From Octopus bimaculoides (Eukaryota), in NCBI RefSeq assembly GCF_001194135.2, contig NC_068983.1:143277221-143341220 (forward strand): a stretch of 64,000 nt of DNA. The letters are read 5' to 3'. This document shows, in pieces, positions 53,401-64,000 of the stretch. The notes below the pieces were generated by a model that searched no databases, had not been told where the DNA came from, and was given only the letters and a program-made list of their open reading frames with translations. Made by a program: the position numbers and the translations under genes. Positions within the stretch are counted from its first letter, which is position 1. Each line of letters starts with the position of its first letter.

Positions 53401-56400
53401 AATATATGATTGGTACTTATTTTACTAACTCTAGCAAGATTCAAGACAATATCAAACCCAGTTTAATTTGAACTAAGAATATGTACAAGGATACAAATAC
53501 CAGAAATTACTTGGAGTGGTATTCTATTGTTTTTGTTCGTTTTCTTCTTTAGCATTAAGAGAACACTAATCACAACCCAGACAAAATTACCAACACACAG
53601 AACATTGTTACAATGACAATAGACCATAGTCAGATAGTGTTGGTGGCACTTTCGGTTGAAAGTAAAAAGTAAACTGTGATAAAATAATTACTCTATCATT
53701 AATATCTTGGTAGACTTAATTTATTTTCAGGAGTCACAGGATCAAAAATATGGAAACTATATAGTCAATACAAGCAGATCAGTATGTAACTGATATTATT
53801 TTAAGTGTTAAAGATGGGAAAGATGAAACTAATCTAGGTATGATTTAGAATCAGAATAAGAAGAGAGAAATGTATCTAAAAACATTTAAATTCATTATTT
53901 TCTATTATTTCTAAGTTAGCAATACAGTCATTATCAATATGTAATTATGATGATTATTAATTATATAAAGCACAAAGCCTTAAAAAGAAAGAGAAATGGC
54001 AGATGATAATTATGATGATGGTTATGGTCCAGATTGGACCAAAGGTCCTTCCTGAGCCATAGACTAACAAGGCTGGCTTGTGTTGTGTATATATTACCCA
54101 CCTTCATGGGATATGCTGGTCCGTTACTGAGTAACATTTATACCAGCTGACTGGACTGGAGTAATATGAAATTAAGTGTTTTGCTCAAGAACACTACACA
54201 TCGTCTGGTCCAAGAATCGAAACCACATTCTTACCCTCAGGAGTTCAACACTAGTTACTAAGCTACACCCCTCCACTATGGTCCAAACTGAGTAGGCCTA
54301 TAATGAAAATACAATGAAACCATAACTACCACATTTTATTTTTTCAGAAATACCATATATTAGTCAACATTATTCAATGTATTTGTTTTTAAGTTGGTAG
54401 AGCATCATTTGAGGGAGATTCAGCTTCTAGCTCTAGCATACTGAGTGACCATGTAATGGTTCCTATCGCTTCCCTCAAAAGTTTGTGGGCTTAATTCAAT
54501 TTACTGAGATCTTAATGATAAAGGAATCGCATGAACACGCAAAGGGCCAATTTATCCTAGACGGATGCACTTAATTGATGAAGATACTTGATTGAATCAA
54601 TCCTAATGTCATGTTGGTAATTCAGAATTCATTTTGACAGGATTTAAACTCAGAATTATGCATCATAAAGCAATTAGCTCAACCCATAACTATTTTCACT
54701 GAGTCTTGCACTCTAACGATGCTATCATTACCACCAACCTAGAGGAGCTGGCAGAAAATGATAGTGAAATATGACGTTTCACAGTAAATGCTGAATCACT
54801 CCATTACTAGTTTTCAATCAAAAGAATCACAATACCATTTCCTTTATTAATACCTACCCTTTTCAAATGCTGTCTTTGTGCTTCTAAAATCGGTTACTCA
54901 TAAATGAACATGATCAGCTGAATATAAACCAGTCACAGTATTAATATACACTACACATTTGTTTTTGTTATTGTCTCTCCCCACCCACACACATAAGAAA
55001 CCTGAAAGGAATAGAAAACATGCTTCTTTCCATTATTGATTGATTGATTTCTTTGGAAGTTTCTAGTTTCTGGTAACATCACCTAATGGCAGTGAAGGCA
55101 TTTTTACTATACTAGCATTGATTATAACATAAGTAATTTGTTGCTATTTATTCAAAGTGTTTGGCATGTCTTGGAAAACCTCTTGAGATTTTCATTGATT
55201 CCAAGCATTTATTATTGCTCTGTCAGTTAACTACTTCCTCTACTTGAAAGTAAACTGCATGCTTGTGTGTGTGTGTGTGTGGGGAGGTTTGCCTGATTGT
55301 GAAGTATGTGAGTGTAAGTGAGTGTGCCAGTTTGTATCTGTGTGTGCATACATGCATGTATCTGTACATGCATGTCTGTACTTCATGACTACAGCACCAT
55401 TTTTTTTATCTTTGTTTCAATCTATTTTTTTCATACTTGTTATATCTCCATCACTTTTACGTCTTCATAAGGCTTAGAAATTAATCTCTCCTTAAATCCT
55501 CTTAACTGTAACCGTTTCAAGTTATCTTCTCTTGCCTCTCAATATAACTTTTCTTTAAATCAATATCAGCTGCCCAGTGTTTATTGAAAAATATTTTGTC
55601 TTCCATATTTTCCCCTTCATTTTATATTTTTCTTCCTAATATCATTGATACATTAATGTACTTTATTCTCCCTCTCTGCCTAGCTTGGCTACATTTTTGC
55701 CTAACTATATTTTTGTGTGTACCATCTATCTGACTGTCCATGCTTGTCTGTCTGCACCTGTCTATTCAGGCTTGTCCATCTGTATACCTATGTCAGTGAC
55801 TGTTTGCCTGTCTGTCTAGTAAATCTGCCAACCTAACAACTTCCATCAGTCTATTCACTTTTCTATTTTCCAGATTCTTGTTTGCCCAAACTATTCAATT
55901 TTCTTTTTTTTTTTTTTCTTTTAGGTTTGAGTTTTCACTCATTATCACATATATGAAGATTTGTTTTTAGTTTCATTATTGACTGCTTCTATATACCACC
56001 CCCTTTCATCTTTACATTAAATACTGCCATTTAGTATTAAATATATTTCATTATTATTTCTTTTTTCATTTTGTTTCTATCAGAACTTCACCCATAGCCA
56101 TGAAGAATTCAAGTGAAACAGATGGGAATTATTATTGTTTGAATACGAATTCTATGTTACCTTTTTTGATAATCAAAAGCACTTGAGGATGCATTGCTAT
56201 TTTTTTTCTATTTCTTGATTAAATGTATTTACTGAGCTGTATTATAATATGTATCGTTAAATTTGTGATTTTTGTTGCTGTTTTTGGAGGAGAAGGGTTA
56301 CTATTATAGAGATTTGTCTATTACTTTTTTTAATAACTATTTTAATACACACACACACAGTGTATATATTCATGTGTGTAGTTTATAGCTTTTATGGCCA

Positions 56401-57106
56401 AGAGGCAAAGTATGTAAATGCAAATGAGGTGTATATACACGTGCGTGTCAATGTATACATATGTTAGTGTGCATAAAGTATGACTGAATGAGTTTCTGTA
56501 ATATGTGTGTGTGTTTGTGTGTGTAATGAAACAGAAAAGAAAAAATGAATTGCTTTCGTCTATTGATTGTTTTCATGGTTAAGATTGTGTGTGTGTGTGT
56601 GTGTGTGTGTACATGTATGTACAGAGAAGTACACATGAACATTCATCTTTAAAAAGATCAGTAAATAACTATATTCCGCTAAACTCCAGTAAATGGCTAA
56701 AACATTCCATTTAGATACATTTACTAATCACAGTAGATTGATATATTGATATTAAATATGTTTTGCTTTTGAGTTTTTCACAATTTTGTAATGGATTTTA
56801 TCATCAGTTTTTGAATGGTTTGCTTTTGAATGGTTAGCTATTCATATATTTTTATGATATTCTTGTCTCCAAGGTAAATAAATAGAGTAAATAAATAGGA
56901 GTACTAAGGAGTTGATTCAATGGCTGGGATGTAGAAGTTAAAACATCCAAGACTGCTAGAGTGCTTGGTTCATGGCATGTTAATTCAATTTCTGTTGTGA
57001 ATGATACATTGTATTTCTGAGTAGGATTCTAAAATTCAACAATGTTTCTTTTTTCACATTGCTACCTTGAATCAAAGAGAGAGCTTCTGAGCTTAAAAAA
57101 TAAATT

Positions 57107-57771
<665 letters not shown>

Positions 57772-58389
57772 GAATATACACTACAACTAGAAAAAAAAAT
57801 GGGAGGTGGAAAAATGGTTCAAGTACTTTTGATTATAAGTCTACTTGATTAAGGTTGATTCAAGGTGAAATATCAGGGTGTGTGTGGTAGGGAAACCTAC
57901 CATCACCTGGTCCTTGTTGTAACACGCTCTTGTAGACATTCACATCAGTCTCCACCACTAACTTGTTCCGTACTCACTCATGGTTTTCCTGCAAATTTTC
58001 AGGCTAGTTACTAATGACAACAACCACACCAGTTTGAGAAGGCCTACAAAAGTCTTTGTATTGTCATTCTGTGTCTGACTTATTTTTAGCTGTTACAATT
58101 TGTTATGAAGTTATTCTGGAGAAAAGTACCTTTGATAGCCTGGTAGAATTGTTACTGACTTAGTAGATGCTTTGAGGAATTAAATTGATATTCGTATATC
58201 AAAAGTTTAATGAAATTATTTCAAGCAGTTATTATAAGTATATTTTTTTTAATTCTGTCCTTTCTTTTCAAAAGTCTTTTATGGGTTAATTTATGAATGC
58301 CTGTTATTCATAAGAGAATAAACTTATAAACTGCTCTACAGAGTGAGAAGAACCGGGACTTGTGTAATGTTGATGAAAACATTAATAGC

Positions 58390-58430
<41 letters not shown>

Positions 58431-60155
58431 CAAAACTTAATAGTGAGTTAAGAGGACACAAAGTGAAACCTGATAAGTGAGAGAAAAGAGAGATGACTGT
58501 TTAAGGAAATAAAATGAGAGTGAAATGTAAAAAAATATCAGGAAATATTGAGAGACAGACAGACAGAGAGTAGGAAAGGACAAGAAAAAAAAAACAGGTT
58601 AAATAGAGAAAAAGTAGTAAAGAGAGAAAATTTAAATTTAGTTAAATAAATTGAATAATGAACAAAAATAATTTAGTCTTCATAAAAGTGTTACAAACTG
58701 AGATAAGAAGTTGTGAAGTTGTTGTTTGCACAGTTAGGACCAACCTGGGACAAGACTTATGATCAAAGGCATTTCAGCTATAACCATCTCATCCCAAGGC
58801 AGTAGAGTGTGATTGGAAGAAATTTGGCTGCTATTAATAAATAGCAGGTCATGCAACCATGTAAAGGCTCAATCGGTGGCTCAATAGTGAAGTGATTTAC
58901 AGAGGTGGTGGTGATAGAAGGGAGAGAAGCAGCACCATTAATAATATTCTCTACTACCACCACCACCCCCATACAAAAATAAGGTATAAAATGAGTCATC
59001 TTTTTGAAATTGGTAAGTTGAAATGGATCAATTAATGATATTGTATCATTATTATTATTACACAATCTGACAGTTAATAGCCAATTTAAGGGACTGAGAG
59101 TGAGGCTGAAACCTCATTACCAACTATAAAGCTTAACTATTGAAGGTGGGTGGATTAGAGTGGTAGTTGTTTTTATTTTTTTCTTATCAATTCAAAGGAA
59201 CCCATAAGAATGAACTACAGGGTTAAAAATAAAAAAACAAATATGTAAAATGAAATAAAATTTTTAAAAGGCTTTGAGAAATCAAAAGGATTTTGAAAAA
59301 CAAAAGCAAATTAAAAAAGGTGAAAAATAAACAGTAACAAAATTAAAACAGAAAAATGAAGAAAGAAACAAGAACAAAAATAAACAACTCATCATCAAAT
59401 ACAATTATTTAAAATCGATGTGTGCCTTGCGTGACCTTAGAACTTTTATTAGAATGGTTGGAAAAGGTTGGGAAAATTGTCAAAAAATTTCAAAAAATTG
59501 GTGGAGCAGTGGATTAAATGCCTTTGATAATTTAGTTTATCTCACAATATTCAGAATTTAAATCCTAACAGAGTCGATTTCACTTAACATTCTGGGACAA
59601 AAGAGTGATAAAATATTTAATATGAAGAATATTCTGGGGAAGGCCATGTACTTTGTAAATAAATGAATAATTAAAACAGTAGAAACTTGGCATGATAAAA
59701 TGGTTGAACATCAGAGCTTTTAGTTTCTAATTGTAATGGTCTAATCTACAGCGTCTTGAGGGATACCTCAGTATACCTACAGGTTATAAATAAGCTGAAA
59801 CATCCCTCAAAACATGCTACTCCTAAATTATTCATTTCACTAAGTAGTAAGTAAGGTCTCCAAGGTGTTCATTTACTTGTTACTACCACAAAGATCTGCA
59901 TCAGTGGTTGGTTTTACCTGGGCTTGCATCCTATGCTTGCTGCAAAGTTGCAGAATATTGAAAATGAACGATACTGCTTGCATCAATATTTATTTTTGCT
60001 AGCAATAGCCGGCTCATTTGGTCAAACTATTGTATCTCCAGCTGCTTCAGATGCCAAGAGACCAAAAACTGTCAAAGTGCTATAGAATGGTGAAACTATT
60101 TTTTCATCTTCTGAAAAAGCAACTTTTTTGACTTACAACACTTTTGCATAATAGC

Positions 60156-60201
<46 letters not shown>

Positions 60202-60648
60202 NNNNNNNNNNNNNNNNNNNNNNNNNNNNNNNNNNNNNNNNNNNNNNNNNNNNNNNNNNNNNNNNNNNNNNNNNNNNNNNNNNNNNNNNNNNNNNNNNNN
60301 NNNNNNNNNNNNNNNNNNNNNNNNNNNNNNNNNNNNNNNNNNNNNNNNNNNNNNNNNNNNNNNNNNNNNNNNNNNNNNNNNNNNNNNNNNNNNNNNNNNN
60401 NNNNNNNNNNNNNNNNNNNNNNNNNNNNNNNNNNNNNNNNNNNNNNNNNNNNNNNNNNNNNNNNNNNNNNNNNNNNNNNNNNNNNNNNNNNNNNNNNNNN
60501 NNNNNNNNNNNNNNNNNNNNNNNNNNNNNNNNNNNNNNNNNNNNNNNNNNNNNNNNNNNNNNNNNNNNNNNNNNNNNNNNNNNNNNNNNNNNNNNNNNNN
60601 NNNNNNNNNNNNNNNNNNNNNNNNNNNNNNNNNNNNNNNNNNNNNNNN
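60202..60648. other. Assembly gap within (AT)n
   Basis: N run. Confidence 1.
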
Positions 60649-60696
<48 letters not shown>

Positions 60697-60918
60697 TTTG
60701 TTGTGTGTGTATGTGCCTTATGGATTCGAAAACAGAGTTGCTGATTTTGACGTATGAGGTATCAAAAGATTCAGTAAGTTTTCGGCTACCAGTTAAACTT
60801 TATTTTCATTTACATATTTACATAATAATCTTTCTAGAATATGTGTGTGCGAGAGAATCACAGAAAGAGTAAAAGACAAAGAGAAGAGAGAAAACAAGTT
60901 TCTATAGAAGTTGAAAGA

Positions 60919-60954
<36 letters not shown>

Positions 60955-61910
60955 AGTATGTGACTGTACTGCCCAACAGTGAAATGGGCTGATTTTGAAA
61001 GAGTTTAGTTCAGTTGTGGCCTGGACATTGAACAAACAATAGCGTTCACTGTTTGGATTTTCCTTTTCATCATGGAGAGTTGTGGTTTAACGAGCATTAA
61101 CAATTATCACTACTTATGGGCTGAAATATTCTAGTTTTTATAACCAACATGAAGATTTGGCTGATTTGACAGCACTCACAACACTCAAATATATCTGAAA
61201 AAAATGTTATTCTGGTTGTTATAACAAATTCAGAAACTTGGCAAAGTAGAAAGCCTTAGCCGCTCTTTCAATACAATTAAAGAAATGTTATTCCAGTCCT
61301 TATAACCAGTTTGAAGATAATGCTTTTTTAACAGTCCTAGCATCCTATCATATTCCTGCTATGTTGCTTTATCAGTTTGAGTATTCAATACCACACAGCC
61401 TTTTTTACTGCGTTAGAATTTATTCTACAACCTATAATCTTACACAGTTAAAATATATAGGAAGTGATGTGAAATTAATTTATATCTTGCTACATACATC
61501 CTTCAGCAAATGTTTTAAATTAATATTCACAGCAGCAACATATTCTTTCATACACACTTCGTTCAGCATTCATTTAAAAATTGTAAAATGATAAATTATT
61601 TGTGTACGAAAAATTGAATTATGCCTTCTGAATTTTCTTGTAGCTTGACTTTCTTCACCATGACATTCACTCTTGAATTTTATAACATTTAGTACATGTT
61701 CCAAATAAATGTTGATTTTCTGTACTTTGTTGCATTGGTGAGACACAGTAATTTTTGTTAAATTGGTGACTTTCTGACACCGGAATATTTCTTTGGGAAA
61801 TATTCCCTAAAAAAATTTTTTATAGCATAACTATGTACCTATATTGACCACATTTCATTTCACTTCAAGTTCATGTGTGTACATCTGGTTTCCAATATTA
61901 TCAATTCTAT

Positions 61911-61956
<46 letters not shown>

Positions 61957-61994
61957 CCCCGTTCGTTACATCTATTGTAAAATATAGTAAAGGA

Positions 61995-63916
61995 CATTTT
62001 ACGCTGTTTTAATGAGCCCACATTTAATGAAGTAGCCATCCTTATGGTAGGTGATCCCCATGAAAATCATGATATTCTCATTCATGCTTGAGATAACAAC
62101 CTTAAATGTGTTTCAGAGACTCACTCCTCTTATGATGCTCTCCAGTATCCTTTTATTCTGTGGAATGGACAAGATGGGTATCATTTCAATATTCCACAGA
62201 CTGAATCTGCAACAGGAGACCCAATTACAAATGAAAAGATATCATCAAATGATTTCTATTCTTACCAACTGGTGTTAAGACCAGAACAATCAAATCAATT
62301 ACACATGTATCATGATTTATTTCAGCAATACCTGCTAAAGTTGAGAGTTAGCGTCTCCTCTACATTTGTAACAATAAAAAAAGTTAAGGACTAAAAATTA
62401 TGTTCATCTCCAAGAAGCTCTGAGGACAGATGGTGATATTCAAAATGTTGGGCAACTTATAATCCTCCCATCATCATTCACAGGTGGTCCTCAATATATG
62501 CACAAACAAACAAGATGCTATGACATATAGAAAATCAAATCTTTTTTCACTTTCACCTGCAATCCTAAATGGGAGGAAATAAAATCCAACATTTTTCCAG
62601 TGTTGCATCCTCTGGTATTGCAGCGACCTCCTCAATGGGGGAAGAACTGTTCATTCTATGTTCAAGCTCCCTCTAAACTTTGCAATGGAAGAATCTCAAA
62701 TGTGCAACATTTTCAAAAACTCTGCAATAGCAACAGTTCAACGAACTTGCCTCATTGTTTGGGATGAGTGCACTGCAACATCATGGAGTTCTAGAGGTAC
62801 TTGACCATATCCTCCAAAACATAAAAAACAATAGCATACTGATGGGAAGAGTAACAGTTATTCTTGCAGGAGATTGTCAAATGTCACCAGTTATTCCCAA
62901 AGGATCAAAAGCTGATGAGGTCAATGCATGCTTCAAAAAATCGTACCTTTGGAAACGTGAAAAAACTTCATCTTACAAGCAACATCAGAGTACTTTCACA
63001 AATTGATATGAGCTTCTTAAGATTGGTAACGGGATATTAACATTCAACTCAAGACTTCTGTTACATGAAATTACATGCGGTCAAATGACACTTTCTCTTA
63101 GGGATCTTATGGATAAAGTATTTCCTAATTTATCTGTCAATTACACTGATGTAAACTGGCTATGTGAAAGAGCTATACTAGCTCCAACTAATGAAATGGT
63201 TGATAAACTCAATGAACTTCTTCAAAAGAAATGACTTTTCAATCAACTGACAACAGTTGACAAGAGTTGATAAGGTTGTTCAATACCCTGTTGAATTTCT
63301 GAACACACTTAAGCCCACTGGGATACCACCACATAACTTGACACTAAAACTGGGTGCTCCAATTATATTGCTTAGGAATCTTGACATATCTCACCTGTGT
63401 AATGGAACTCGTTTAATTGTTACTTCCATGAAGCCCCATGTCCTACAGGCAACAATCATAACAGGTAGTCACAAAGGAGAAAATGTTCTTATTCCAAAAA
63501 TTTCTCTCATACCTACAGATGCTCCATTTGAATTTAAACCACTTTAGTTTCCAGTAAAACTAAATTTTGAGATTTCAGTTAACAAATCTCAGGGTCTATC
63601 CCTCAAGGTAGTTGCACTTGATCTCTCTACTACATGCTTCTCTCATGACCAACACTAAATTGCTTGCTTGCAAGTTGGAAGCAGTGACAATTTATTCATT
63701 TTGACACCAACAAAAAATTACACAATGAATATTCTTTACCCTGAGGTGCTTCAACACTGACAGATTTTCAGTTCGAAATTCTATTATCATTATAACTTGG
63801 ATATTTTTTATACATTATAGATATTTTGAAATAATTATGAGAATATATCTTTATATTAATTGTTTACTAATCTGAATAAGAACAGCATTAACACAAGCAA
63901 CACCGGGTCCTTCAGC

Positions 63917-63919
<3 letters not shown>
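61995..63919 (+). mobile_element. Degenerate, internally deleted Helitron (Rep and PIF1-like helicase remnants)
   Basis: Rep remnants NEVAILMVGD, SYDALQYP, LPSSFTGGP.YM, FTFTCNPKWEEI (~62546-62581). Helicase remnants VASSGIAAT, IVWDE, RAILAPTN, LLRNL..HLCNGTRL, NKSQG. 3' end ...ccgggtccttcagCTAG|T at 63916-63920. 5' end uncertain. Confidence 0.9.

Positions 63920-64000
<81 letters not shown>

Overview
AT-rich animal genomic DNA with six N-gaps. The SINE, RTE, mariner and microsatellite content resembles Octopus/coleoid cephalopod DNA (inference from recalled repeat families). The window is mostly intronic sequence of one minus-strand gene, an NKAIN (Na+/K+-ATPase beta-subunit-interacting protein) homologue. 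Two coding exons are well supported: 38057-37845 (213 nt) and 21677-21617 (61 nt), joined in phase 0 across a 16,167-nt GT-AG intron. The N-terminal exons were not found and probably lie beyond the right edge or in a gap. The best lead is a 54-codon, ~55% GC in-frame read-through of the 61-nt exon's donor ending in a class I PDZ-binding motif (SSSV*), with a candidate alternative terminal exon at <=1016. The introns hold a full-length dead mariner, a deleted mariner, two RTE LINEs with a PHD-type finger inside the RT domain, many SINEs and RTE 3' tails, hAT- and piggyBac-like MITEs, a deleted Helitron, and two fold-back palindromes formed at internal hairpins of retroelements. No rRNA, true tRNA or CRISPR features were found. 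All analysis was by eye; no searches were run.
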